IMG/VR virus record: IMGVR_UViG_3300009529_000001
Span: 32,001-96,000 of that record
Source of the DNA: a virus
DNA: 64,000 nt
Direction: 5' to 3' (one strand)
Shown here piece after piece: positions 54,963-64,000 of the stretch. Numbering within the stretch: the first letter of the stretch is position 1; the number at the start of each line of letters is the position of its first letter. The notes under the pieces were generated by a model. The model was not told the origin of the DNA and ran no database searches. It was given only the letters and a program-made list of their open reading frames with translations. The position numbers and the translations under genes were made by a program.

Positions 54963-56267
54963 ATGATTAGATGTGATTACCCTAATTGTGGATGTAAAAA
55001 AACTACTACTTTCAAATGGATTTCTCATGTTTTAAAAACAATTTATTTTGAAGTTCCTAAAGTAGCATCTACAAGTATACGAAAAGGATGTTTCGGTATT
55101 GATGTAAATGATCTAAAGAAAAATAATCCTTATGATTTTGAAGTATTTCGAGATTCCAATCTTGAAAAATATTCTGATTATTTTAAATTTACAATTGTCC
55201 GAAATCCTTGGGACAGAATCGTATCTATTTGGAAAATGTATACAACACAGTCTTCTCGCAAAAAACAAATAAAAAAATTATTCAAAATAGAAGATCCTGC
55301 TAATCTTTCTTTCCTAGAATTTATTGAAAAAATGACAGAAAAGAGGAATCACCATTGGGAACAACAAATTGAATTTTTGCCTAATTTAAATGAATTAGAT
55401 TACATAGGAAGATTTGAAAATCTTAGGGAAGCTTGGCATTTTATTTCTTATAAATTAGGAATAAATACAAAATTACAGAAATTAAATGTCACAGATCATT
55501 ACCATTATCATTATAGTGAATATTATGACAGAATAACAAAAGGAATTGTAGAGAAAGAATATGCGAAAGATTTTAAAATACTTAAATTCAAATTTGAAGT
55601 GCTTTCTTACTGTGATAATTTTTCTAAAGAAAAATCTAATATTGCAGGATTAAAATATATTCCGACTCAGGAACCATATAGAAGTAATGGTTGTCAAATG
55701 ATGAATATTCCTTCTTGGTTAGTAAGAAGAAAGGAAATGAGAAAAGATAGTTTTTCTGTAAGGAATAGAAAAATTTTATTTAAACGTATTACTCCTGAAA
55801 TGAAATGTATCTTAGAAATTGGCGTCAATAGATATGCAGAAAAATCTTCTACAAGTATTGTTTTTAAAGGTAAATCTGACGATTGTGTTTACTTAGGAAT
55901 TGATTTAATGGATAAATCTTATTTGGATAATCCTGAAAAGAATATATATACAATGAAATGCAATTCAAATTTAAAACAAAAGGTTATAGATAAATTAAAT
56001 AGTTTAGGACAAGAACAGATAAATCTTCTTATTATTGATGGGGATCATTCAATCAATGGCGTTATAGGTGATTGGGGATTTACTAAATGGCTTGCTGAAG
56101 ATGGGATTGTATTTTTACATGATACAAATGCACATACTGGTCCTATGCTTGTTTATGACGCTATAGATGAAACTATGTACAAAAAGAAGAAACGTTGTAC
56201 TGGAAGAAATGAAGATGGCAGTTTTAAAGATTGGGGAATTGGTGTTTGTAGGAAGATTAAAGAATAG
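54963..56267 (+). CDS. sulfotransferase (Sulfotransfer_2) fused to a SAM methyltransferase
   Basis: VPKVASTSI, VRNPWDRIVS, HWEQQ, GRFENL; C-terminal LEIGV, IIDGDHS, HDT. Confidence 0.85.
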   Translation: MIRCDYPNCGCKKTTTFKWISHVLKTIYFEVPKVASTSIRKGCFGIDVNDLKKNNPYDFEVFRDSNLEKYSDYFKFTIVRNPWDRIVSIWKMYTTQSSRKKQIKKLFKIEDPANLSFLEFIEKMTEKRNHHWEQQIEFLPNLNELDYIGRFENLREAWHFISYKLGINTKLQKLNVTDHYHYHYSEYYDRITKGIVEKEYAKDFKILKFKFEVLSYCDNFSKEKSNIAGLKYIPTQEPYRSNGCQMMNIPSWLVRRKEMRKDSFSVRNRKILFKRITPEMKCILEIGVNRYAEKSSTSIVFKGKSDDCVYLGIDLMDKSYLDNPEKNIYTMKCNSNLKQKVIDKLNSLGQEQINLLIIDGDHSINGVIGDWGFTKWLAEDGIVFLHDTNAHTGPMLVYDAIDETMYKKKKRCTGRNEDGSFKDWGIGVCRKIKE

Positions 56268-57195
56268 AAATTACATCTACAAATTTAAGCATATTACTTT
56301 TTCTATTCCCAATATAAGAAATTAATCTTTTTTGTAGATTTTTCGCTAATTTTTGGCGAAATTCATGATTTTTTATAAGATATTTTGTATATTCTATAAG
56401 TTTTTCGGGTGTTCTTGCTAAAAGTGCAGTTTCCTTGTGTATAGCATAATCCCGGACCCCTCCAATATCCATACCTGCAATAGCACAACCACAGAGACCA
56501 GCTTCCATTGGAGGAATATGTAAGCCTTCCGTCTGAGAAGTAAACATCCAAATATCACACTCATTATAGATCCAATTTAATTTTTCAGAATCAGGAGATC
56601 TGTAATAAGAACAAGTATTAAATTTTACATCATTCACTCCAAATGTTATGACTCTGATTTTTTCTGTTTTTCTAATTTCGTTTATAGTTCTTTTAAATAA
56701 ATCAAATCTTTTATATCCTCTTTCGTGATACAATCCTCCGATAGTTATTCCTGTTCTTGCGAAATTACGAGAATAAAATATATCCAAATCTAAACCCGGA
56801 TAAACAACAGGTGGATAAGAATTAAATCTTCCAATTCTATTACTAAGCCATCTTGCATTCGTAATAATTCTGATTTTTTTGCAAAGTTCTAATATTTTTT
56901 CATCAGACTGAGACCAATTTTCCCAACCTCTTACGTACCAAATTTTCTTAGCTTTAGTTTTAAATTCCAACAATGGAGGAACTGAATTAATACCAGTAGC
57001 TATTATAACATCTAAATCTTTAGAATATTCTTTTGTAATACGTGCTACACATTTAGACCATGTGTAATTGTATTTGTCTGCAACAAGATAGACTTCATGT
57101 CCTAATTCTGTCAAAACATTTGCACAGGAAACAATAGTTTTTGTTCCACCATTGTTTCCATAACCACAGCCTAAAGCAGTGAAAGCAATTCTCAT
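56257..57195 (-). CDS. glycosyltransferase family 4
   Basis: NNGG, EGLHIPPMEAGLCG, GGVRDYA. Confidence 0.85.
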   Translation of the reverse strand: MRIAFTALGCGYGNNGGTKTIVSCANVLTELGHEVYLVADKYNYTWSKCVARITKEYSKDLDVIIATGINSVPPLLEFKTKAKKIWYVRGWENWSQSDEKILELCKKIRIITNARWLSNRIGRFNSYPPVVYPGLDLDIFYSRNFARTGITIGGLYHERGYKRFDLFKRTINEIRKTEKIRVITFGVNDVKFNTCSYYRSPDSEKLNWIYNECDIWMFTSQTEGLHIPPMEAGLCGCAIAGMDIGGVRDYAIHKETALLARTPEKLIEYTKYLIKNHEFRQKLAKNLQKRLISYIGNRKSNMLKFVDVISIL

Positions 57196-58160
57196 TTGAT
57201 TATATCCCAAAGATGTTTTGCAGCATGATTGATAGAAAGATTTTTCCAGTAATAATTATAAGAATTGTATTGATCGTAATGTTTAAGGATATGATAAATG
57301 CCATTTAATATACCTAATGTATTAAGTTGACAAGATATTCCAGTTTCAGGAGTAATATATTTTTCAAACCAAATATTCATGTCATTGGTCACTATTACAG
57401 GAAGACCACATACAAGAAATTCTGGTAAAACTCTTGGACAAGAATCGTATTCTGTGCTGCATATCAAACCCATTTTACATTGACTCATAAAAGCAGAAAG
57501 ATTTGCTCGTCTTTGCCATCCTACTGATTTGATATTATGTTTTTTGGCAAGCTGTTTATCTCTATCATTTAACATTCCTATATGAAGAAGAGAATATCTA
57601 GAATCTTTGAAAGTTTCAAAAGTTAGTTTGATTCTTTTTATATCTTTGTCAGTAGAATTTGCCATAAAACAAACATCGTAATTTTTCTTTCCAAATCGAA
57701 ACGAAGGATGAGGATAAAAGATATTTTCTGCTGCGGGTTTAATAAATAATTTAGAACCAGGAACTTGTTTTTGTTGTTTGACACTATCGACTAAAATAAT
57801 ATCCCAATTGCCGTCAGACGGTTTAAAACGATTACCGGCACCATAGTATACCCATTTTGCACTTTGAATCGTCTGACGAGCCTTTAAACAATCAGAGAAC
57901 CCACCTCTAGCAATAACAACATCGAAATCGGTAACAGGCAGTTTATTTAAATCAGGAACCCATCTTTCGACGAATCTAGGACTAACAACTTTGATTTTTT
58001 TATAATCTCCTCCCCAATACCATAGTTCTACTTCATTAAAATATTTACACATTCTTTCAGCAAGGATAGTCCACATGTCTTCGCATTGCCATATGTGATC
58101 GTATTTAAGCCTTTCGGGCTTAAAAGTAGGAACTTTACCACGAAGGAAAAGAAGTTTCAC
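57192..58160 (-). CDS. GT-B glycosyltransferase
   Basis: DSCPRVLPEFLVCGLPV. Confidence 0.75.
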   Translation of the reverse strand: MKLLFLRGKVPTFKPERLKYDHIWQCEDMWTILAERMCKYFNEVELWYWGGDYKKIKVVSPRFVERWVPDLNKLPVTDFDVVIARGGFSDCLKARQTIQSAKWVYYGAGNRFKPSDGNWDIILVDSVKQQKQVPGSKLFIKPAAENIFYPHPSFRFGKKNYDVCFMANSTDKDIKRIKLTFETFKDSRYSLLHIGMLNDRDKQLAKKHNIKSVGWQRRANLSAFMSQCKMGLICSTEYDSCPRVLPEFLVCGLPVIVTNDMNIWFEKYITPETGISCQLNTLGILNGIYHILKHYDQYNSYNYYWKNLSINHAAKHLWDIIK

Positions 58161-58996
58161 AGAATCGCTCCCTCGATATCTTCCCAGTCACGTTTTTTAC
58201 GAAGACGTAAATTGTTTTCCCAAGCGGATTCAAGGAAAGAAGTATCAATATCTAAATCTTTGAATAATCCTATGATTGATCGCATATCTTTAGGAAGACA
58301 TTTGCCACCAAATCCTCTAGCATTGGAAACTTTCAAATGTTCAGCAGAATACATAGGATCGGCAGTAACGATTTCTACAAGTTTTTCGTAATCTACACCA
58401 AGTTTATCAAATCCTTGTTTCATCACATTTGCGTATATGACTTTGATTGCTCCTAAGGAATTTGCAAAATATTTTGTAGCTTCAGCAGTAACAGTATCAC
58501 ATCTATATATTGGAATATCTTTGTTAATATTTTCTAAAGATCTTATGTATTCATTGACCTTACAAGGATATTCTGCCCCTATAACATGACGTTTTGGATT
58601 TATGGCGTCAAACATCCAAATAGATTCAGTAAGAAATTCAGGAGAAAAATAGATATTAGAATAGCCAGTACTTCTGATTAATTCTTTAGTTGTACCAGGA
58701 GTAACAGAAGATTTGATAATAATATGTTTTAAATGTTTGGTTTTGATTTTAACTATATCTCCTACTATTTGTTCTACAAGATGAACACTTATTCTAGGAT
58801 TATTATTTATATCTACACAAGGAGTAGGAACACAAACAAAAATAAATTTGGATTCTTTTACAACTTCTTCAAAGCTATAAGTATCAGGATTTTTAGGATC
58901 ATAAAATTTTATTGAAATATTTTTTCGATGATGTTTAAAGAAAAGAGCTGTTGCTTTTCCAACAATGCCATAACCTATGATTCCAATATTATTCAT
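58157..58996 (-). CDS. ugd: UDP-glucose/GDP-mannose dehydrogenase family (lacking the C-terminal domain)
   Basis: GYGIVG, CVPTP, KSSVTPGTT, PEFLTE, AEATKY, GFGGKCLPKD. Confidence 0.88.
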   Translation of the reverse strand: MNNIGIIGYGIVGKATALFFKHHRKNISIKFYDPKNPDTYSFEEVVKESKFIFVCVPTPCVDINNNPRISVHLVEQIVGDIVKIKTKHLKHIIIKSSVTPGTTKELIRSTGYSNIYFSPEFLTESIWMFDAINPKRHVIGAEYPCKVNEYIRSLENINKDIPIYRCDTVTAEATKYFANSLGAIKVIYANVMKQGFDKLGVDYEKLVEIVTADPMYSAEHLKVSNARGFGGKCLPKDMRSIIGLFKDLDIDTSFLESAWENNLRLRKKRDWEDIEGAIL

Positions 58997-58998
58997 TT

Positions 58999-59937
58999 TT
59001 AAACCTTTGTAATAGGATGAAAATGCATTCTGGCTTTACCTACCTGTTTTTTAATCTTCCAATACTTACCCCACTCACAGAGACAAAATTCCATATCTTG
59101 AAGTGTCAATCGTGGACCTTTGAATTTAATGCCAAGATGTTCAAAATGTTCATCTTGTTCATCGGTAAGTTCCGACATTGCATCTGTGTAGGAAATACAT
59201 TCCCTATTAGGATATATTGTTTCTATTCCAAATTCGCATCCTGGTCCTGGATTAGCAAAAGTATCACGAACTTTGTCAGGGAATACTCCAGCATAGACCA
59301 TATCTATACAGACTTCGTATGAAGTAAATCCTCCGAATCCATATTGTTTAAGAAAAAATTTAAAGCATCCTTCCCAATCTAAAATTTTTCTAAACTTTTT
59401 AATTTCTTTCCAGATATACTTCCAATTCTTTTTGAGTTTGGTGACGATAGTAATGAAATTAGCAATACGAGACTGCTTAAGATTTGATTGACAAGTAATG
59501 TGCGCATTTGTAAAGACTCTAAATCCTTTTGATTTGTAGGAATTAAGGCGTTTTTCGTATTTTTCGGGATTAAATTTTTTTCTGAGAGGAATTCCACAGG
59601 CTTCAAAGGTTTCGATATTGTTGTTAATCCTATAAAAAATGCAAGCCCAAACTTTATCTTGAAGTCTCGGATACTTATCGTTTTCAATAATATTTTTAAT
59701 CATCCACTGACTGCCACGATCAAGAATACGATAAACATTAGTAAATTTATATTTTTCTAATATTGGGTCTTTAGTCCACGGAGGAGGTTTTTTCTTTATA
59801 AATCGACGTATATAAATGTTATGACGTTTATGAAGGAATCTGAAAAACATATCAAGATTTTTCTGACAAACTTCAGGATAATCTTCAGGTTTTGGAAGAG
59901 CAGATAAAGATTTAGAAGATTCTCTTTTTAGAACCAT
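58999..59937 (-). CDS. aGPT-Pplase1 / 5-hmdU DNA kinase helical-domain-like (HhH glycosylase-fold) thymidine hypermodification protein
   Basis: PPPWTKDPIL..YKFTNVYR..DR; GFGGFTSYEVCID; GPG; EFCLCEWGKY. Confidence 0.8.
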   Translation of the reverse strand: MVLKRESSKSLSALPKPEDYPEVCQKNLDMFFRFLHKRHNIYIRRFIKKKPPPWTKDPILEKYKFTNVYRILDRGSQWMIKNIIENDKYPRLQDKVWACIFYRINNNIETFEACGIPLRKKFNPEKYEKRLNSYKSKGFRVFTNAHITCQSNLKQSRIANFITIVTKLKKNWKYIWKEIKKFRKILDWEGCFKFFLKQYGFGGFTSYEVCIDMVYAGVFPDKVRDTFANPGPGCEFGIETIYPNRECISYTDAMSELTDEQDEHFEHLGIKFKGPRLTLQDMEFCLCEWGKYWKIKKQVGKARMHFHPITKV

Positions 59938-60755
59938 TATTCACCCCTTGTAAAACCGTACTGATATTGTTGGAGAATTTTGTCAACTTTGTCATCTTCT
60001 ATATCGCAATGCCATTGTTTTTTAAAAGCATTTCTTGACTCATGAAAATGTAATAACAATATACCTTCGACGTTAACCTTTTTACGATAATCAATTAAAC
60101 GCTTTTTAAGTGATGGAAGTAAATTTCTAAGAAGCTGAATATGTTTACCTAATTGACAATCAAAATTATATTCGCTGATTTTAAGAGAAATTCTTATATC
60201 ACCAAAGAGAATAATGCGCATTAAAAAATCTGTTACTGCATATGTAGGATGTTTAAAATTAAGATTAAACATTCCTATCATATCAAAGACTTTCTTGTGA
60301 ACAAGAAAACAATTAAACCCTGAAGCAATTAACATTGATCCTTTCATTACTTGTTCACAAAATATATTAAACCAATTATATTTCCACATAACATCGTATC
60401 CACTAATTAAAATCCAGTCTGTATTAGACGCTGTAATAATAGCATTACAAAATTTTGAAAAATTACAATTTTCAAAATCTATATCCGTATCTATTATATT
60501 TAAATCATGTATTGTTTGAAATGATGACTCTTTATCTAAAAATTTTTCCAATTTTTCTATTTCTTCTTTTTTAAAAAAAGAAAATTCAAAAACTTTATTG
60601 TTAAGCATTTTATAAAGTTTAATAGGATCAAAATTATTACTAAGAATATTTACATCTGTATTGGAAGGAAGTGTATTAAGAAGAGAAATAACTGATAAAT
60701 AAGTCACTTCTGTTGGCATAAAATAATTCAGAATATTGCAAGTGATTGGTATCAT
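59937..60755 (-). CDS. GT2-like glycosyltransferase (degenerate)
   Basis: FSKFCN, DWILISGYDV, FLVHKKVFDMIGMF; start uncertain (ORF extends to 60863). Confidence 0.5.
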   Translation of the reverse strand: MIPITCNILNYFMPTEVTYLSVISLLNTLPSNTDVNILSNNFDPIKLYKMLNNKVFEFSFFKKEEIEKLEKFLDKESSFQTIHDLNIIDTDIDFENCNFSKFCNAIITASNTDWILISGYDVMWKYNWFNIFCEQVMKGSMLIASGFNCFLVHKKVFDMIGMFNLNFKHPTYAVTDFLMRIILFGDIRISLKISEYNFDCQLGKHIQLLRNLLPSLKKRLIDYRKKVNVEGILLLHFHESRNAFKKQWHCDIEDDKVDKILQQYQYGFTRGE

Positions 60756-60842
60756 ACTATAATTAATATGACAGAGTTGATCATGAAAAATATTTAATAT
60801 TTTTAAATATTTTTTATTATATGAATTTCTTCCAACATTACG

Positions 60843-60884
60843 AGACGCTAGGGCGTCGCGCACAGGCGCTTGCCCTAAGCGTCT
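60843..60884. promoter_or_regulatory. GC-rich hairpin just upstream of the small terminase gene
   Basis: AGACGCT-AGGGC ... GCCCT-AAGCGTCT. Confidence 0.5.
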
Positions 60885-60911
60885 TAAGGGAGGAAGCTGG
60901 AGATTAGGATC

Positions 60912-61796
60912 ATGGAATTTGAAAAAGCATTAACAAAAGAACAAAAAAGAAAACAAAAATTAGAAAAATTATTAAAAAAATATGGACATCTTCTTAGTAT
61001 TCCTGCGGGAGTTTTACCTTTAGAACATAAAGCTCCTTTAGGTGGTGGATTGAAATGTTTTCAGAAAATATATCAGCGCAAAAATGGTAAAAAAATAAAA
61101 AACCTTCCAAAAATCCGCTGTACTAATCCTGCCGTAAAAGGATCATTTTTTTGTAAAAAGCATGGCGGTGGTAATACACATGCAATGGTTCATGGGAAAA
61201 GAAGAATGTCCTCTATTACCGGAGGATTATACGGAAGAGGAATGCAACAAGATTTTAGTAATCTTCTTGAAGAATTTTTAAATGATCCTAAAATGGTAGA
61301 TCTTAGACCTGAACTTGCCGCATTACGATTAGCTCTATCGGAATATATGAGTGAACTTACTTCTGGAGAACCCAAACAGTCTCCAAAGAGATTAATCAAA
61401 TATATTAAAGATATTACAGAAAGTGAAAATACAAATTATGGAGAAAAATTTGTATTGATAAGAGATTTATGCGCTTCTCAAAGTTTTTTAACTGATGGTG
61501 ATTCTTTAGATAGACTGTATAAGATAATAGAAACTATAAGTAGAGTTGCAGAAAGAATGCATAAAATACAAATGCAAGATAATTATATTTTGACTCCTGA
61601 TGGGTTGAAAGTTTTCTTAAGATCTATAGTTGATTTATTAAAACAAACTATTCCTGATCCAGACATATTGAAAGAAATTCAAGAAAAATTGTTAGAAATT
61701 TCTATGCAGACAAAGGGAAATATACACGATGTTGGTAGAAAAAACGTAAATATAATGAATGAAAAGGAAGATATGGAATTTCAGGAATTTGATTAA
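60912..61796 (+). CDS. terminase small subunit-like protein
   Basis: RC..P....FCKKHGG...HG motif; LRPELAALR; directly upstream of TerL. Confidence 0.65.
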   Translation: MEFEKALTKEQKRKQKLEKLLKKYGHLLSIPAGVLPLEHKAPLGGGLKCFQKIYQRKNGKKIKNLPKIRCTNPAVKGSFFCKKHGGGNTHAMVHGKRRMSSITGGLYGRGMQQDFSNLLEEFLNDPKMVDLRPELAALRLALSEYMSELTSGEPKQSPKRLIKYIKDITESENTNYGEKFVLIRDLCASQSFLTDGDSLDRLYKIIETISRVAERMHKIQMQDNYILTPDGLKVFLRSIVDLLKQTIPDPDILKEIQEKLLEISMQTKGNIHDVGRKNVNIMNEKEDMEFQEFD

Positions 61797-63541
61797 TGGC
61801 ACAAAAACGTAGAAGAATAATCCAACACATAGTTCAAAATCCTTTTGAAGAATTAGCTCTCGGATTATCAGCAGATAAAATTGAAGATGAAATATGGGAA
61901 GAAAAGCCTGTAAGTATTCAAGAATTTATTGAAGGCGAAGAATATCTTAATTTAAAGTGGAACGGAAGAATTGGTTGTCGTCCTGAGATAATGAAAATAT
62001 TGAAAAAAGTATCTCAAGATCATATACGCGAAGCTGTTCTTTTATTAGGTAAGGGTTCTGGGAAGGATTATTCAGCAGCAATACTACATTGTTATGGAAT
62101 TTATAAATGTTTATGTATGAGGAATCCTCAAGGATTTTATGGATTATCTAGAAGATCAAAGATTTATTTTGTTAATACCGCAAGAAATGACCAACAGGCA
62201 AGGAAAGTTTTCTTTGAAGAGTTTAGAGGAATGGTAGAAGATTGTCCTTGGTTTGAAGGACAATTTTCTGAACCTACAGGCAGTAGTATTTTTTTTGCAA
62301 AACGAATTGAAGCGATTAGTGTAAATAGTCAAGCTTTTGGATGGCTTGGATATAATACCATACAGTGGGTTGGAGATGAATTGGCATTTTTCTTAGAAAA
62401 TGATAAAGATGAAGAATCTGATTCTCGTGCAGAAGAATGTTGGGAAGCCGCTTATGGTTCCTGTAGTACGAGATTTGGAAATTATTATAAAATGATTGGA
62501 ATAACAACACCACGTTATGATGATGATTTTGTAATGAAAAAATTCTATGAATTACAAGATAGACCTGATGGCTACGCAATTCAAAAGGCAACTTGGAATA
62601 TTCACCCTGATAGAGAAAAGAAAGATTATTATTGGGCGTTGACTAGAAACTATCGTCGTGCTATGCGTGATTTTGGAGCAGTTCCAAGTGGTGTTATAGA
62701 ATCGTTCTGGGCTGATCCTGATTTTGTAGAAAACAATATTTGTCAACAATGTAGGCAATGTCCTGTTTATCAGAATAGAGGAATAGATAGCGATATTTAT
62801 AGTTGTTGGGATTATGATAAGTGTAAAGTAAATGCTTATATGGGAAATGGAAGATGGCGTGAATGGTTTAAACCTGAAGAAGATAAAGAAATATTTATTC
62901 ATTTTGATTTATCAAAAAATAAAGATAGAGTAGGATTTTCAGTAGGGTACGTAAATGATTATATTCAAGTCGAATTAGATTTACATGTAATGAAAGAAAA
63001 AGCAGAAAAAGAAAAAGTGGAATTAAAAACTCTTGATGACGATGATCGTTTCGAAGAAAAACCAATGATAAAAATCTGTGCCATTGGTACAATTTCTCCT
63101 GCAAGTAAAAGAGACTCAAGACTTACAAAAAATGGTGAAATTTATTATACTGGTATTTTAAAGCATATTATTGTAACTCTAATAGATAAAGGATTTGAGA
63201 TAGGCACTATTTCTTTCGATCAATTCCAAAGTCACATGTTGAAACAATCTTTAGAAGATATGGGAATAGATGTAGAATTGATTTCTTTGGATAGGAATGA
63301 TACTTTACCAGTGCAGGCTAAATTAGCCCTAACAGAGAATAGAGTTGAATATCCTTATTCTAAACTTTTATGTGATGAAGCAAGACATTTAAAGTATATT
63401 AAAGGTAAGAAAGTGGATCACGCGAAGAAAAAGTCAAAGGACGTATGGGATGGATTTGCTGGCACTATAGCAGATTGTGAAAATTATTCCGGAGGAAGTA
63501 AAACATTTGCTTTTGAGGATGATGAAGAAGACGATGATTAA
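61796..63541 (+). CDS. terL: terminase large subunit
   Basis: Walker A GKGSGKD, Walker B VGDE, coupling ITTP, nuclease HFDLS...SFDQFQS...KVDH...SKDVWD. Confidence 0.9.
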   Translation: MAQKRRRIIQHIVQNPFEELALGLSADKIEDEIWEEKPVSIQEFIEGEEYLNLKWNGRIGCRPEIMKILKKVSQDHIREAVLLLGKGSGKDYSAAILHCYGIYKCLCMRNPQGFYGLSRRSKIYFVNTARNDQQARKVFFEEFRGMVEDCPWFEGQFSEPTGSSIFFAKRIEAISVNSQAFGWLGYNTIQWVGDELAFFLENDKDEESDSRAEECWEAAYGSCSTRFGNYYKMIGITTPRYDDDFVMKKFYELQDRPDGYAIQKATWNIHPDREKKDYYWALTRNYRRAMRDFGAVPSGVIESFWADPDFVENNICQQCRQCPVYQNRGIDSDIYSCWDYDKCKVNAYMGNGRWREWFKPEEDKEIFIHFDLSKNKDRVGFSVGYVNDYIQVELDLHVMKEKAEKEKVELKTLDDDDRFEEKPMIKICAIGTISPASKRDSRLTKNGEIYYTGILKHIIVTLIDKGFEIGTISFDQFQSHMLKQSLEDMGIDVELISLDRNDTLPVQAKLALTENRVEYPYSKLLCDEARHLKYIKGKKVDHAKKKSKDVWDGFAGTIADCENYSGGSKTFAFEDDEEDDD

Positions 63542-64000
63542 AAGAACAATTCCTGAAATTAAAACCAGCAATATCGAGATGCGCACAAAAGAAGCTTCTG
63601 GCTTCATAGAAGATATTATATTTGGAGATATTTTAACTTCTGCTTTTGAAAGAATATCGGATCAGGATGCGTTCGATTTATATAAATCAAACGAATGGGT
63701 TGGAAATACTGTAAATAGAATTGTAAGAGATTGTGTTAAAAATGAACCTGTTGTTGTTCCAATTAGAAAAACTAATAAAGTTTCTAAACGTCAAGAAGGA
63801 AGGATTAGAAAAGTCCAAGATTTTCTTTGGAATCCTAATAAGGGTAAAGAAAGTTTTAAAGAAATAAGAGAAAAACTTATACGGGATGAATTAATATATG
63901 GACGTGGAGGAATAGAAAAAGTAGTTGATAAAGATTCTAGAAAATTATTAGAAATTTATTCGGTATCTGGTAAAGACATTAGAGTAATGGCGGATAAAAA
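63534..64000 (+). CDS. portal protein (HK97-like), N-terminal part; truncated by the window edge
   Basis: Open to the end; YKSNEWV..VNRI, FLWNPN..ESF.E......DELIYGRGGIEKV; follows TerL. Confidence 0.8.
   Translation, partial: MIKRTIPEIKTSNIEMRTKEASGFIEDIIFGDILTSAFERISDQDAFDLYKSNEWVGNTVNRIVRDCVKNEPVVVPIRKTNKVSKRQEGRIRKVQDFLWNPNKGKESFKEIREKLIRDELIYGRGGIEKVVDKDSRKLLEIYSVSGKDIRVMADK

Noticed and set aside
1098-63119. Many short antisense ORFs in the track overlapping long genes
   Set aside because: Shadow ORFs without SD or motifs, opposite well-supported genes.
1-64000. Alternative genetic code (stop reassignment)
   Set aside because: Long genes are intact under code 11, and TAA, TAG and TGA all terminate coupled genes.

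Overview
A 64-kb segment of a large, AT-rich dsDNA tailed-phage genome (standard code; no tRNA, rRNA or CRISPR array seen). Left arm (1-24.7 kb): recombination, replication and nucleotide genes, including a split Rad50 with Mre11, a resolvase, HNH, two sigma-like proteins, a 5'-3' exonuclease, class II RNR and primase. These are interleaved with a DNA-modification toolkit: a T4-BGT-like glycosyltransferase, a radical SAM enzyme, an Nmad1-like protein, RmlC/RmlD/SDR enzymes and an intein-split thymidylate-synthase-family enzyme of probable dUMP-hydroxymethylase type. A small holin/spanin-like cassette lies here too. Middle (25-46 kb): many short early-type genes driven by a repeated TTGCAA-N17-TAnnnT promoter, converging on a largely non-coding 39.8-42.6 kb region. 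That region holds a ~1.27-kb self-contained transcription unit in which GA occurs only as CGA and TC only as TCG (one exception), flanked by blocks rich in the avoided trinucleotides. Right arm (46-61 kb): a large glycan synthesis and decoration cluster that includes an aGPT-Pplase1/HMUDK-helical-type thymidine-hypermodification gene, followed by small and large terminase and the start of the portal. Best candidate new system: a glycosylated-hydroxymethyluracil (base-J-like) DNA hypermodification, together with a modification- or restriction-motif-free cassette that may be first-entry DNA and encodes a novel duplicated protein family. All functional calls come from motif recognition by eye; no searches were run.
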